Source: Candidatus Krumholzibacteriia bacterium (GTDB taxonomy: Bacteria > Krumholzibacteriota > Krumholzibacteriia > LZORAL124-64-63). Taken from it: DNA of 35,378 nucleotides. Shown piece by piece: positions 20,568-31,704 of this stretch (position 1 is its first letter; every line of letters starts with the position of its first letter). The DNA lies in NCBI GenBank assembly GCA_046484865.1, contig JAWOID010000044.1:1-35378 (forward strand), given 5' to 3'. Below the pieces are notes generated by a model. That model was not told the origin of the DNA. It was given only the letters and a program-made list of their open reading frames with translations, and did not search any database. Both the position numbers and the translations under genes were made by a program.

Positions 20568-23500
20568 ATGAAGCGCCCCATCGTCGGCGTGCTGTTGCTT
20601 CTGGCGATCGCCGCTCCGGCCGGCCTCGATGCCGCCGCGGAGCAGCCGCGGCCACGCCCGGCGGCGGTTGCCGGGACGTTATCCGAGGCGGTGCGTCTCG
20701 AACCTCCGGTTCCGGTCGGGCACCCCACGGCACGGCTGCCGGCTCCCGGCCGCATGGAAACTCGCCCGGCTCGCCGTCAGCCGGCCGCCGCCAAGGCCCG
20801 GCGTTTCCGCGACCTGGACGGCGCGGCGCTCGCCGACACCTCGGTGCGCGCCGCCCCCGGGCAACCGGCCGCCTCGCCGGCGCCGCCCCCGCTGCCGCCG
20901 TTCCCGCTGGCCGACCTCGTCCGCCTGCGCGCCCGCACGGGCGCGACGCTCTCCACCGCGCCGGCACCCGGCAGCGTCGGCTCGCTCGCGACCCCGTGGA
21001 GCGCCGACCGCCTGCTGGCCGATGCCACCCACATGAACGACACCCACGTGTCGCTGGCGCGCAGCCCCGTGACCGGCCACCTGTATGCCGCCTTCGAATC
21101 GTACGACCTTGGCGGCACCGACCGCGACATCCATCTGGCCCGCAGCCGGGACGATGGTCTCACGTGGGACGTGCGCGAGTTGCCCGCCTACAGTCTCGAC
21201 GAGTACCATCCCGATCTCGCCATCGACGGCGCCGGCTACCTCCACGTGGCGTGGGTGCGCAGCGACGGCGTCATCCTCAGGACGCGCTCCCTCGGTCCCG
21301 ACGACCCCGATCACTGGGCCTGGGTGCGCGGACTCGAGGTGGGAGAACCGTGCGCCACGCCGTCGATCGCCGTCCGCGGGGCCGGCGACTTCGCCACGGT
21401 GCTGATCGCCTCCGGCTGGCTGACCGTGAACTGGGACTGGTACCAGTACGAGTGGACCCTCGTGTGGATGGTCTCGACCAACGGCGGCGCCACGATAGCC
21501 TATGACTACTTCCTGCCCGACGGCTACCAGGACTTCTGGCCGGACGTCCAGCTCGGCGACAGCCAGGCCTACCTGGTCAACGGCGAGCAGGATCCCTACA
21601 GCGGCAAGGTGAGCATCCTCGCGGCCGCCGACGCGCCGACCGGCAGCTTCCTCGACGTCGTCGATCTGACCGCCTGGACGCCCATGAGCGCCGGCTTCCC
21701 CTCGGTGGCCGCCGCGGGCGACGCCGTCTGGTGCGTCTACCAGCTCGACTGGGACGACGGCCTCGGCGACATCGAGGGCGACATCATCTACTGCTTCTCC
21801 TGGGACCGGTTGCAATCGGTCTACGGACCCTACGAGATCATGGCGACGACCAGCGAGAGCGTCGGTCCGTCGGTCCACGCGCGCGACGGCGTGGTCGGCT
21901 GCACGTGGCTGGAGGCGCCGCCCGGCGGCGACGAGTTCCACCTGGCCGCGCGCCAGGGCGGCCTCGACGGCCACCCGGACGCCTGGGGCGACGTGGAGAT
22001 CGTCACCGACCTGGCCCACGTCGAACCGCAGTTCCGTTCCGCGGCCGGGCTGGTGGCCACGGACCGGCTCCACGCGGCCTGGATCGACCGTCGCGACTTC
22101 CCGACGCAGGGGCTGAACGTCTACACGGCCGACCGTGGGCTGCTGCCCGACCTCACGCCCCACACCCCGGCCGGCTGGTCGGCGGCGCTGGTCGCGGGCA
22201 TGGTTCCGGGTGAGCGGGAAGACGGACTGCTCGGCGCCGGCCGGCCGGCGTACGTGAGCTTCGCCGTCGCCAACCTGGGTCTCGCCACCACCGGTGCCGG
22301 TTTCCTGCTGCGCCTGGACGTCGACGGCGTACCGGCGGCCGCCTGGGAGGTCGGCGGCGGCCTGGACGCGGGCACCTGCGTGACGGTGGAGGACCACGAA
22401 CTCGAGCTGACGGCCGGCGATCATGAACTGACGCTCGTCATCGATCCGGCCGGCGCCGTGCACGAGTCCGACGAGTCGGACAACGTCCTGCGGCGCACGT
22501 TCGCGGTGCTGGCGGGCGAGCCGCATCCGGTGTTCTCCCCCGATCATCTCGTCCACGAGATGCCGCTGCCGATCGCCCCCGAGGAAGTGCTGGCGGAACT
22601 GCTCTTTGACCCGCCCCTGCGCACGCGATCGTGGCTGCCGGTCGTCGACGAGCGGCTGCACGCCAAGGCCGGTCAGGTTGCGGTCGGACCGCTGCGGATC
22701 GTCGTCACGCCGGCGCTGGGCATCGACGCGCCCCGGCTCACCGAGCGGCTGACCGGTTTGCCGGCCGCCGAGCGCCGCGCGATCGCCGGGCACGTCCTGC
22801 GCGCGCACGCCGTCCGCCAGCAGGCGGTCTGGAGCGATCGTGTGGGCCGCCTGGCCGAGCTGGCGCAGCGGGCCGGGACGATGGGAACCCTCGACGGGGC
22901 GGCCGGGGTCGCCACCGGCGGCGGGTCCGGCGGAGCGACCGCCGTCCGGCAGTTGTGGCTGACCGGTGAATGGATCCTGACGACCGATGCGGCGGGCGTG
23001 GCCGAGATCGCGTCGTGGCCCGAGGTGGGCCGGATCTGGCTCGACGATCGGCCGAGCGAGGCCTTCGGCGCGCGATCCATCCCGCGCACCGGCGCCACGC
23101 CCGGGCTCGTTGCACCCGGGCCGATCGGCCCGGCTGAACGGCTCGGCGGGCCAGATCGCGGCCTCGCCTGGCACCTGCAGGCGGTCGGAGCGCCGGCGGC
23201 CTGGGCGGCCGGTTTCGATGGCGGCGGAGTGATCGTCGGCCACATCGACACCGGGGTCGCCCACGACCATCCCGATCTCGCTGGCCGCTTCTGGGACGGG
23301 AGGCCGACCTACCCCAACCACGGCTGGGATTGCCTCGACGAGGACGACGATCCCTACGATGGCGACACCGAGTACTGGCACGGCACCCACACGGCCGGAC
23401 TCGTGGTCGGCGGCGGCGCCTCGGGCACGGCCACGGGCGCGGCGCCCGGCGCGCGCCTGATGATCGTGCGCGGCGTGCCCGGCTACTACGAGGACCTGGT

Positions 23501-24713
23501 GGAGGCCCTCCAGTTCTGCCTCGATCACGGTGCGCGGCTCATCACCATGTCGGCGGGCTGGAGCGATCCGGGCGATGCGCTGCGCTCGGCGAACCGGACC
23601 AACGCCGAGGTCCTGCTCGCGGCCGGCATCCCGTGGTTCTGTGCCGCCGGCAACGGTGACGGAGCGGGCGGCCACTTCCCGGTGCCGCGCGACATCTCGT
23701 CGCCGGGCGACTGCCCCGACCCCTGGTTCGCGTCCGCCGGCCGCACGGCGGTGATCGCCGTGGGCGCGACCGATGTCGCCGACCAGGCGTCGCCGACGTC
23801 GAGCACGGGCCCCACGGCCTGGCAGGTGACCGGCGCGGCCGGCCACGGCGATTACCCCTGGCCGCCCGGACTCGCGAAGCCCGAGCTGGCTGCGCCCGGC
23901 GACGGGGTCACGAGCACGGTGGGCGGCGGCTACGCCGTCTACAGCGGGACGAGCATGGCGGCGCCCATCGTCGCGGGTGCGGGCGCCATCCTCCTGCAGG
24001 CCTCCCCCGAGTGCGATCCGCCGGGCCTCTCCCGGGTGCTGCAGGAGACCGCCGTGGACGTGGACGTGCCCGGCCGCGACGCCGTCACCGGCGCCGGGCG
24101 GCTCGACATCGCGGCCGCCCTGGCGGCCGTGCCCCGCCCCGAGTCCGAGGTGTTCTGGGTCCGCAACGAGGGCGTGCTCACGCTGATCGTCGATGCGCTG
24201 GTCTGGGATGCGGCCTGGCTCGACATCTCCCCGATCGCCTTCGCCGTGGCACCCGGCGACTCCCAGCGCTGCCTGGCGACCTTCGCAGTCGACGGTCTGG
24301 CCCCCGGTCTCCACCTGGCCGCGGTCGAACTGGCGGACAATGCGCCGGCTTCACCCATCCTGCAGGTCTCGCTCGCCATCGGCGACGGCATCACCGCCGC
24401 CGACGATGTCGAGGACCGTACCATCCCGGCGGTCCACCGGCCCGCGCTCACGGCCTATCCGAATCCCGGCAATCCGCGCATCCAGTTCCGCTTCCAGCTC
24501 GAACGCATGGAAGAGGTTGAGCTGGCGATCTTCGACGTGCGGGGACACCGCGTCCGCGGCCTGGTCGCCGGGCGGCTGCCCGCCGGTCCGCACGAGAGGA
24601 CGTGGGACGGCCGGGACGATCGCGGCCACAGCCTCGCCAGCGGCGTCTACCTGGCGCGGCTCGCGGTGCGGGATGGGCAGCTCGCCACCCGGAAGCTCTT
24701 GCTTGCGCGTTGA
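20568..24713 (+). CDS. Secreted multidomain S8 subtilase (Asp-box/BNR region, CARDB-like Ig, S8, C-terminal FlgD-Ig/T9SS-like domain)
   Basis: Signal peptide [19 protein letters not shown]; Asp-boxes SRDDGLTW and [16 protein letters not shown]; triad HIDTG / HGTHTAG / [13 protein letters not shown]-terminal YPNPGNP...IFDVRG...WDGRDDRG...ASGVY. Confidence 0.9.
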   Translation: MKRPIVGVLLLLAIAAPAGLDAAAEQPRPRPAAVAGTLSEAVRLEPPVPVGHPTARLPAPGRMETRPARRQPAAAKARRFRDLDGAALADTSVRAAPGQPAASPAPPPLPPFPLADLVRLRARTGATLSTAPAPGSVGSLATPWSADRLLADATHMNDTHVSLARSPVTGHLYAAFESYDLGGTDRDIHLARSRDDGLTWDVRELPAYSLDEYHPDLAIDGAGYLHVAWVRSDGVILRTRSLGPDDPDHWAWVRGLEVGEPCATPSIAVRGAGDFATVLIASGWLTVNWDWYQYEWTLVWMVSTNGGATIAYDYFLPDGYQDFWPDVQLGDSQAYLVNGEQDPYSGKVSILAAADAPTGSFLDVVDLTAWTPMSAGFPSVAAAGDAVWCVYQLDWDDGLGDIEGDIIYCFSWDRLQSVYGPYEIMATTSESVGPSVHARDGVVGCTWLEAPPGGDEFHLAARQGGLDGHPDAWGDVEIVTDLAHVEPQFRSAAGLVATDRLHAAWIDRRDFPTQGLNVYTADRGLLPDLTPHTPAGWSAALVAGMVPGEREDGLLGAGRPAYVSFAVANLGLATTGAGFLLRLDVDGVPAAAWEVGGGLDAGTCVTVEDHELELTAGDHELTLVIDPAGAVHESDESDNVLRRTFAVLAGEPHPVFSPDHLVHEMPLPIAPEEVLAELLFDPPLRTRSWLPVVDERLHAKAGQVAVGPLRIVVTPALGIDAPRLTERLTGLPAAERRAIAGHVLRAHAVRQQAVWSDRVGRLAELAQRAGTMGTLDGAAGVATGGGSGGATAVRQLWLTGEWILTTDAAGVAEIASWPEVGRIWLDDRPSEAFGARSIPRTGATPGLVAPGPIGPAERLGGPDRGLAWHLQAVGAPAAWAAGFDGGGVIVGHIDTGVAHDHPDLAGRFWDGRPTYPNHGWDCLDEDDDPYDGDTEYWHGTHTAGLVVGGGASGTATGAAPGARLMIVRGVPGYYEDLVEALQFCLDHGARLITMSAGWSDPGDALRSANRTNAEVLLAAGIPWFCAAGNGDGAGGHFPVPRDISSPGDCPDPWFASAGRTAVIAVGATDVADQASPTSSTGPTAWQVTGAAGHGDYPWPPGLAKPELAAPGDGVTSTVGGGYAVYSGTSMAAPIVAGAGAILLQASPECDPPGLSRVLQETAVDVDVPGRDAVTGAGRLDIAAALAAVPRPESEVFWVRNEGVLTLIVDALVWDAAWLDISPIAFAVAPGDSQRCLATFAVDGLAPGLHLAAVELADNAPASPILQVSLAIGDGITAADDVEDRTIPAVHRPALTAYPNPGNPRIQFRFQLERMEEVELAIFDVRGHRVRGLVAGRLPAGPHERTWDGRDDRGHSLASGVYLARLAVRDGQLATRKLLLAR

Positions 24714-24752
24714 ACGGTATTCCACAGCGGCCGCGGGCGCCATGGCGTCGCG

Positions 24753-24781
24753 TTGACGTCGGACGCGATCGCTTGTAGCAT
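24753..24781 (+). promoter_or_regulatory. Putative sigma70 promoter for the epimerase
   Basis: TTGACG-17 bp-TAGCAT. Confidence 0.5.
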
Positions 24782-24831
24782 CCGTTGGTCGGCTGCGGAG
24801 TTCACGCGATGAACCGACATGGGAGCACGGC

Positions 24832-25956
24832 ATGACGCCTCGGGTCCAGGAAGCAGCACCGGCCGCGAAGCGCGCCCAGAGGTTCGCGATCGCCGATCCG
24901 GCTCTCGATGTGCCGGCCCCCCGACGTCCCCTTCGCGACTGGCGGACCGAACTCGCGGGGAAGCGGTATCTCGTCACCGGAGCGGCGGGATTGATCGGGG
25001 GGAACCTGTTCCGGCGACTGACCGACCTGAATCTCGACGTCATCGGCACGGTCCTGTTCCCGGAGGAGGCCAGGATCCTCCGTGACCGCGGGTACCACGC
25101 CGAGGTCCTGGATCTCGCATCCGATCAGGACTGGGACGAGCTGCTCAGGGGCGTCGACGTCGTCTTCAACATCGCCGCACGATTCCAGGAGACCGTCGAC
25201 TCCGAGGCGGGATTCGACCGGGTGAACAACCACGGCGCGCTCAAGCTCGCCGAGACGGCCGCCCGGGCCGGTGTGGAACGCTTCGTCCATTGCAGCACGG
25301 TGGGTGTTCATGGAGACGTGCGGGAGATCCCCGCCACCGAGCAGAGCCCCTTCAACCCGATGGACCTCTACCATCGCACGAAGTTGCGCGGTGAACTGGC
25401 GATCCTCGAGTTCACCCGGACGCTGCCCGAGGACGGAATGACCGTCACCGTCAACCGCCCCGCCATGGTCTACGGCCCGGCGGACCGGCGCATGTTCAAG
25501 CTCTTCAAGTCGATCCTCGGCGGGCGCTTCCGGATGATCGGTTCGGGCGAGGTCCTGGCCCATCTCGGCTACATCGAGGACCAGGCCGAGTCCTTCCTCC
25601 TCTGCGCCGTCGCGCCGCGGCGACAGGTTCACGGACAGGCCTTCAACATCGCGTCCGCCGAGCCGCTCACGCTCAACGAACTCGCCCGACTGATCGCGGC
25701 AAGCGGCGGCGTGTCCCTGCCGCGCTGGTCGGTTCCCGTGGCCCCGGTCCTGGCTGCGGCCGCCCTCTGCGAGTTCGCCTGCCGCCCCCTGGGCGTGGCG
25801 CCGCCGCTCTTCCGCAGGCGGGTCGGATTCTTCACGCACAACCGGGCCTTCGACTACTCGAAAGCACGGGAACTGCTCGGTTACGAGTCGAGCTGGACCA
25901 ACGCCGAAGGGATCCAGACGACCATCGACTGGTACCGGAACGCGGGCTGGCTCTGA
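24832..25956 (+). CDS. NAD-dependent epimerase/dehydratase (extended SDR)
   Basis: LVTGAAGLIG, FVHCST, YHRTK (YxxxK), RPAMVYGP. Confidence 0.92.
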   Translation: MTPRVQEAAPAAKRAQRFAIADPALDVPAPRRPLRDWRTELAGKRYLVTGAAGLIGGNLFRRLTDLNLDVIGTVLFPEEARILRDRGYHAEVLDLASDQDWDELLRGVDVVFNIAARFQETVDSEAGFDRVNNHGALKLAETAARAGVERFVHCSTVGVHGDVREIPATEQSPFNPMDLYHRTKLRGELAILEFTRTLPEDGMTVTVNRPAMVYGPADRRMFKLFKSILGGRFRMIGSGEVLAHLGYIEDQAESFLLCAVAPRRQVHGQAFNIASAEPLTLNELARLIAASGGVSLPRWSVPVAPVLAAAALCEFACRPLGVAPPLFRRRVGFFTHNRAFDYSKARELLGYESSWTNAEGIQTTIDWYRNAGWL

Positions 25957-26032
25957 CGTCCCGGTCGCCGGCGCTCGTCCTCGGCCGGCGCGCGATCGGT
26001 CGGGAGCCCGGCGCCGACGCCGGTGGCCCGGG

Positions 26033-27805
26033 TCAGAGCGGCCACACCCAGAGGATCAGCGGTACCGCCGTCACCACCACGATCACGCTGAGCGGCAGAC
26101 CCAGCTTCCAGTAGTCGCCGAACCGGTAGCCGCCGGGACCCATCACGAGCGTTGCCGACTGGTGGCCGATCGGGGTGAGGAACGCGCTGGACGCGCCGAT
26201 GGCCGCGGCCATCAGGTAAGGGTCGGCCGAGACGCCCAGGCCCAGCGCCAGCTGGTGCGCGATCGGCGCCGCCAGCAGCGCCGCAGCGGCGTTGTTGACG
26301 AGATTCGAGAGCAGCAGCGTGATGATCATCAGCAGCGCCAGTGTCGCGGCGGGCGGCCACACCCGGGCCACGGCGAAGATGCCGTCGGCGACCAGGTGCG
26401 CCCCGCCGCTCGTCTCGAACGCCTGTCCCAGGGGGAGCATCGCGGCCAGTAGCACGATGATGGGCCAGTCGATCGCCCGGTACACCTCGCGCAGCGGCAA
26501 GACTCCGGCGAGCACCGAGGCGACGGCCGCCAGCATCACCGCGACGGGGGCCGAGAGCCAGCCGAGGACCATGGCCGTCACGGCACCGGCGAAGATCACC
26601 ACCGAAAGCACCAGCCGGCGCGGCTGCCCCAGCTCCAGGTTGCGTTCCGCCAGCGGCAGGCATCCCAGCCCGGCCAGGTTCTCGAACATGCCCTTCTCGT
26701 CTCCTTGCAGCAGCAGCACGTCGCCCGCCTGCAGCCGGATCCGGTTCAGACGCTGGGTGAGGCGGCCGCCCTGGCGTGCGACGGCCAGCAGCAGCAGCCG
26801 CCGGCGATCCAGGAGCCGCATCTCGCCCACGGTGCGTCCGATGAGCTGGGAATTGGCGCCCACCACGGCTTCCACGAGCTGCAGGTCCCCCATGTCGGCG
26901 AGCTTCTCCGCGTGCTTCTCCCCGCCCGCGAGGCGGAGGCCGGTCGACGTCTCCAGCACCTTCAGTTCCTCGGGGTTCGCCTCGACGACCAGCACGTCGC
27001 CTTCCCTGAGAGGCTCCTCGAACCGGTGCCCGAGCCGCCGCCGGTTTTCCCGCAAGACCGCCACCACCGGCACCGGGCCGCCGAACTCCTCCCTCAGGTC
27101 GCGCAGGGTGCGCCCGACCGCCCTGGAGTCGGGCACGACCTCGAGTTCGCTCGTGTAATCGGCCAGCTTGAACATGTCGGCCGACGAGGTTTGCGCCTTG
27201 CGTCGCGGCACCAGCCGCCAGCCCAGCAGCACCATGAACGCCAGTCCCGCCAGCGCCACGCTCCCGCCCACCGGCAGGAAGGAGAACATGCTGAACGGCT
27301 GACCCGTGTACTCCGCGCGGTAACTGGAGATGATGATGTTGGGCGGGGTACCGACCAGCGTCAGCAGGCCGCCGAGCAACGAGCCGAAGGCGAGCGGCAT
27401 GAGCAGCAGCGACGGCGGATTGCGGTGCTCGCGTGCCATGCGCAGCGCCACAGGCAGGAGCAGCGCCAGCGCGCCCACGTTGTTCATGAACGCCGACAGC
27501 GTCGCCACCACCACGGTCAGCACCAGCAGTTGCAGCACGATGTTGCCGCCGACCCGGCGCGTCTGGCCCGCGATGAGGTCGACCAGCCCGGCTTGCTGGA
27601 GCGCCTTGCTCAGCACGAGGACGGCCACCACCGTGATGACCGCGGGGTGGCCGAAGCCGGAGAAGGCCTGATCCTGGGGCACCACCCCGACGAGCACCGC
27701 GGCAAGCAACGCCAGCATGCTCACGAGGTCGTAGCGCACCCTGCCCCAGGCGAAGCCGGCGAGCGTCAGGCCGAGGATGACGAAGACCAGGTGGGCCTGG
27801 TTCAT
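26033..27805 (-). CDS. SLC13/CitMHS-like anion permease with two TrkA-C domains
   Basis: LSAFMNN, GTPPNII, two cytoplasmic TrkA-C repeats (EGDVLVVE, AGDVLLLQG), TPIGHQ, GGYRFGDYWKLG. Confidence 0.92.
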   Translation of the reverse strand: MNQAHLVFVILGLTLAGFAWGRVRYDLVSMLALLAAVLVGVVPQDQAFSGFGHPAVITVVAVLVLSKALQQAGLVDLIAGQTRRVGGNIVLQLLVLTVVVATLSAFMNNVGALALLLPVALRMAREHRNPPSLLLMPLAFGSLLGGLLTLVGTPPNIIISSYRAEYTGQPFSMFSFLPVGGSVALAGLAFMVLLGWRLVPRRKAQTSSADMFKLADYTSELEVVPDSRAVGRTLRDLREEFGGPVPVVAVLRENRRRLGHRFEEPLREGDVLVVEANPEELKVLETSTGLRLAGGEKHAEKLADMGDLQLVEAVVGANSQLIGRTVGEMRLLDRRRLLLLAVARQGGRLTQRLNRIRLQAGDVLLLQGDEKGMFENLAGLGCLPLAERNLELGQPRRLVLSVVIFAGAVTAMVLGWLSAPVAVMLAAVASVLAGVLPLREVYRAIDWPIIVLLAAMLPLGQAFETSGGAHLVADGIFAVARVWPPAATLALLMIITLLLSNLVNNAAAALLAAPIAHQLALGLGVSADPYLMAAAIGASSAFLTPIGHQSATLVMGPGGYRFGDYWKLGLPLSVIVVVTAVPLILWVWPL

Positions 27806-27875
27806 GACCGCACGACCGGACGAGCGCCGGGCCCGGCCCCGGCGATGGATCGGATGATTCCGTCGGTTTCGCGCT

Positions 27876-28703
27876 TCAGGAGGACCGCCCCTTCCCTTGC
27901 TCGCCGATGATGAGCACGCTGAAGCGGATGATGGCAGCGAAGAGCGCGCCGCCCAGGATGTTGCCGAGGGTCACGATGAAGAGGAAGCGCCCGGTATCCT
28001 GGATGGTGATCGGTCCCGCCACCAGCAAGGCCGCGAACATCTCGAGTGCCCCCACGATGGAATGATGCAGATTTCCCAGACCGATCACGCTGCCGATCAA
28101 CCAGACGAAGACGATCTGACCGATGGTATCCTGGCTGGACGAGACGAGCCAGCCCAGCAGGCCCATCAACCAGCCCGCCAGCATGGCGCTCAGCGACATG
28201 AGCCACCAGGGATATCCGACCAGATCGGCGGCGGCCTCCGATATCGTCTCCGCACTCGCGATCTCCAGGTTCGGGCTGACGGCCACCAGCACCGCGGCGA
28301 AGACAAAGCAACCGACCAGGTTGGAGAGAAAGATGATCGTCCAGAGCCGAGCGAGGGAGCCGAATCCCGCCTCGCCCGCGAACACCGGCAGGAGCGCGAT
28401 CGTGGTGTACTCGGTGAACAGGTCCGTGTGGCTCAGGATGACGAGGACGAATCCGACCGCGTACGCGTTGGCGATCATCAACCGGAGCGTCAGCGGAGCG
28501 AGATGGTCACCGAACTCCATGAACATCAACATCGCGAGCACGCTGGTACCGATGGTGAAGCCGGCGATCAGGCCGGACATCATCAGGCCGAGCGCCGGTC
28601 TTTTCAGTTCCCTGACCGCTTGACGGACCTCGGCCTCGAGAACCGTCACGTTCTGCCTGGGCGGTAGGTGGCGACGCCCCGCGTCGTCCTTGCCGTCATC
28701 CAT
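27876..28703 (-). CDS. Formate/nitrite transporter (FNT) family protein, YfdC-like
   Basis: DLFTE, NLVG, AGWLMG, HHSIVG and LGNILGG motifs; ATG 28703 follows GGAG. Confidence 0.87.
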   Translation of the reverse strand: MDDGKDDAGRRHLPPRQNVTVLEAEVRQAVRELKRPALGLMMSGLIAGFTIGTSVLAMLMFMEFGDHLAPLTLRLMIANAYAVGFVLVILSHTDLFTEYTTIALLPVFAGEAGFGSLARLWTIIFLSNLVGCFVFAAVLVAVSPNLEIASAETISEAAADLVGYPWWLMSLSAMLAGWLMGLLGWLVSSSQDTIGQIVFVWLIGSVIGLGNLHHSIVGALEMFAALLVAGPITIQDTGRFLFIVTLGNILGGALFAAIIRFSVLIIGEQGKGRSS

Positions 28704-28941
28704 GTGCGCGATGCTCCGTGGTGCGCCTCGCCGGCGCCGTTCAGCCGGGCCGCAGAGCGACCGACCACCTCGTCCACGTGGCGGTGAAATCCCGGACCTC
28801 GTCGCAAAGACTAGGCGAAGTGCGGGAGCGGGGCCACCGGGGGGCAGGCTCAGCGTCATTCCACGCAGATTGTCGCCGGGTGGTCGCGCACCGGCTGCAT
28901 CAGGCCAGATTGAGCTTCTTCAGGAGCGTCGGGAACCCGCG

Positions 28942-29502
28942 CTAATGCGGCCAGAAGGCGCCGAAAGCGCCCGCCGTCAGCAGGCCGTAGATCAGCCCGT
29001 CGAACATCGACCGCAAGGTCGCCCCCCACTTCCGCCGGTACCAGATCGAGTTCTGCGCGAGCGCCAGCGAGTAGCCGGCGACGGCCGTCGTGCCCGCGAA
29101 GCGGAACACATCGAGGTAATCGGCTCCCGGCCCCAGGGCTCGTCCGGCGACATAGGCGGCGAAGACGCTCACGACCACGGAGTAGAGGAACCACTGCGCC
29201 AGGCCTTTGCCCAGCGACTCGGAGCCGCCGGAGGCCACGGTCGCGATCACGACCGGACCGAGCCGGCGCCGCTCGCGGTATTCCGGCTGCTTCATGGCCT
29301 GGGCGCTGCCCGCGTAGGGCGCCACGTAGTCGCCCGGCGGCACCGCCAGCCCGCGGAAGGCTGCGAGGGCCCGATCTTCCTCAGGAAACGGCTCGAAGTC
29401 GTTCCGGTGGTAGCTCAGGACCATGTGGATGATCGAGCTGGCCACGAACACGAGCACCGCCGAGACCAGGATCGGCAGCCACAGGGACAGGATCGATACC
29501 AT
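28942..29502 (-). CDS. Hypothetical membrane protein
   Basis: GAGGAGGG RBS; MVSILSLWLPILVSAVLVFVASSIIHM; about 4 TM helices; GC3-biased codons. Confidence 0.8.
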   Translation of the reverse strand: MVSILSLWLPILVSAVLVFVASSIIHMVLSYHRNDFEPFPEEDRALAAFRGLAVPPGDYVAPYAGSAQAMKQPEYRERRRLGPVVIATVASGGSESLGKGLAQWFLYSVVVSVFAAYVAGRALGPGADYLDVFRFAGTTAVAGYSLALAQNSIWYRRKWGATLRSMFDGLIYGLLTAGAFGAFWPH

Positions 29503-29626
29503 GGTTCCCTCCTCGGGAGCGCGCCTGCGACCGCACTGCCCGACCGGGCGCGACGGACGCAGCGGCGGGACGACCGATCGTAGGTCCCATCGCGCCCCGG
29601 ACGCAACAGCAACCTGGCTCGCCCAC

Positions 29627-29695
29627 GGTCTCGCCGACCAGGTCTCGCCAGCCCGGTCACGCCGATTTGACCATGGTTTATCGATTCGGTATGCT
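29627..29695 (+). promoter_or_regulatory. Three 9-bp direct repeats at 14-bp period followed by a sigma70-like promoter
   Basis: GGTCTCGCC (29627), GGTCTCGCC (29641), GGTCACGCC (29655); TTGACC(29667)-17 bp-TATGCT(29690). Confidence 0.5.
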
Positions 29696-29738
29696 GATCC
29701 ATCCTCGACCCCCTGAGCGGCCGGGTCGGTCGCCCCCG

Positions 29739-30236
29739 ATGCGCCGCGACAATCCCAATCTGGAGGAAGGAACGTACGTCCTCTGGCTGGTGCCCCGGCC
29801 GGGGCAGTCCTGGCTCAGGCAGTACTGGGCGGGCAAGAATTCGCTGGAGACGGCGACGCCCATCGTGGTCGCCGGCTCCGGCACGGTGACCGAGATCACG
29901 GCCGAGCTGGTTCGTGGCGGGGAGATCACGGGCCGCATCCTGGACGCTGAGGGCCATCCCTACGCCCGGGGAAGCCTGGCGATCCAGGTGGAGTTCGCCG
30001 ATGCGTTCGCCCGCCCGGTGATCCTGGTCGCCGACGAGGATTACGATCCTGCGACCGGCGAGTACCGCGCCCGCGGCCTGCATGACGGCGATCTGGTGGT
30101 GCGCGCGGCGCCTTCCTCGGGGGGATACGTGTATTACCCCGGCACGACGGTTCGAGCCGAGGCCGAGCCGGTGACGATCGTCGATGCCGGAACCCGCACC
30201 GGGATCGATTTCACGGTGGCGGGAGCCGCACGATAG
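29739..30236 (+). pseudogene. Probable remnant of a secreted beta-sandwich repeat protein (carboxypeptidase-regulatory-like domains)
   Basis: NLEEGTYVL, ITGRILDAEGHP, GLHDGDLVVRA, YYPGT and TGIDFTV are typical of such repeats, but the ORF begins mid-domain with no signal peptide or clear RBS-start pair. Confidence 0.45.
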
Positions 30237-30388
30237 CGCAGTCCCGGCGCTCACCAGGGCCGAACCCCGCCCGCCCCGCCGGCGCGTCCCGCATCGGGTT
30301 GCCGGCGCGGAGCGGTTCACGTCGCTCGACGCCCGACCACAGCTCCCGTTCAGCGACGGTGAACGCCGCCGGCGGCGCCACCTGGCCA

Positions 30389-31588
30389 TCATCGTCCGGA
30401 CCGGGTCTGCCGCGGCGCCGGTTCCTCCACGCCCTCGGGCGCAGCGAGGAGGTGACGGGGCAGGAACGCCCACCCGGCGATGAGGGTGGGAACCACCGCA
30501 CTGGCGATCACGACCGCCACGAGGAACGAGTACTGCGCCTGGGTCACGATGCCGTGGGACAGGCCGTAGAGCGCCGAAATCGTCCCGAAGGTCAGTCCGG
30601 TGGACATCATCAGCGTGTAGTACCAGCGCTCGTCGCGCCGGTGGCGGAACGACCGGATCACGGGATAGAGCCCGAAGATCTTCGAGAACACCTTGCCGGC
30701 CAGCAGCACCAGGAACACCAGCGGGGCGGAGGCGAGGGCGGGGATGGAGACGAAGGTGCCGGCGCGGAGGAAGTAGAACGGCGTCAGGAAACCGACCGTC
30801 AGGGTCCGCAGCCGGCGGAGCCAGGCCGTATCGCCATTGGAGAACTCCGCGAGGACCATGCCAACGAGATAGGCGGGGAGCACCGCCTCGCTGCCCGACC
30901 AGAGCGCCAGGGCGCCGAGACCGAACAACACGACAATCACCCACTTGGTCCGGATCGCCGCCGTGCGGTGGGCATAGACTCGGGTCAGCCAGCGGCTGAT
31001 CAGCGGCAGGCACGCCAGGACGAGAACCGTGGCGCCGATGAAGATCGCCGTCCGGTAGGTGAAGGGCGCGAACAGCAGCCCCAGGGCGATGACCGTACCG
31101 AGGTCGTTGACGAAGCAGGCGCCGAGAATGCTCTTCCCGAACGTGGTCCGGTTGAGCCTGGTCTCCAGCATGACCGCATAGACGACCGCCATGGAGGTCG
31201 TCGAGAGCGCCACGCCACACAGCAGGCTGGCCTGGGCGTCCCACTGCAGAACGTAGCGAGCGATCGCCGCGCAGCCGAGGAACGGCGCGAAGAAGCCGAC
31301 CAGCCCGACGATGGTCACCTCCTTCAGCTTCGTCCGCAAGACTTCGGGCTCGAGTTCGGCGCCGGCCAGGAAGGTGAGCAGGACGGCGCCGGACGCGGCC
31401 AGGAAGCGCAGCCATTCCTGATCGGCGCCCAGATCATCCAGCCTGCCCATGCCCGACGCGATCGCCGCGACGACGACCCCGACGCAGATCTCGACGAGTG
31501 CGATGGAAACCCGCAGGTGATACGCGACGATGGCGGCGAGAACGGCGAGGCCCAGCCAGATCGCGGCCACGGCGAAGATGTGCTCCAT
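30389..31588 (-). CDS. Cation:proton antiporter (Na+/H+ exchanger family), under fluoride riboswitch control
   Basis: FLAGAELE, LSTTSMAVV, ACFVNDLG, FLTPFYF and GLTFGTIS motifs; about 12 TM helices; ATG 31588 follows GAGGGGGA. Confidence 0.9.
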   Translation of the reverse strand: MEHIFAVAAIWLGLAVLAAIVAYHLRVSIALVEICVGVVVAAIASGMGRLDDLGADQEWLRFLAASGAVLLTFLAGAELEPEVLRTKLKEVTIVGLVGFFAPFLGCAAIARYVLQWDAQASLLCGVALSTTSMAVVYAVMLETRLNRTTFGKSILGACFVNDLGTVIALGLLFAPFTYRTAIFIGATVLVLACLPLISRWLTRVYAHRTAAIRTKWVIVVLFGLGALALWSGSEAVLPAYLVGMVLAEFSNGDTAWLRRLRTLTVGFLTPFYFLRAGTFVSIPALASAPLVFLVLLAGKVFSKIFGLYPVIRSFRHRRDERWYYTLMMSTGLTFGTISALYGLSHGIVTQAQYSFLVAVVIASAVVPTLIAGWAFLPRHLLAAPEGVEEPAPRQTRSGR

Positions 31589-31637
31589 GGGTGAGTCCCC
31601 CTCGTTGCAGGAACCATCCGGTTGCTCACCGCAGGCC

Positions 31638-31663
31638 AAGAAAAAAACCCGCCTGCGGCGGGT
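31638..31663 (-). terminator. Intrinsic terminator in the antiporter leader (riboswitch expression platform)
   Basis: ACCCGCC-GCA-GGCGGGT followed by TTTTTTCTT on the minus strand. Confidence 0.85.
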
Positions 31664-31704
31664 CGGAAGCGTCGTGACGCTCCTACCGCCGCAAGAGGCC
31701 TGCG

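Noticed and set aside
20679..24314. 1211-aa - strand ORF
   Set aside because: Shadow of the S8 protease.
28780..28850. CGCAAAG resembling a c-di-GMP-I riboswitch core
   Set aside because: Lacks the GGCAAACC...GGGACGCAAAGC architecture and faces away from the flanking minus-strand genes.
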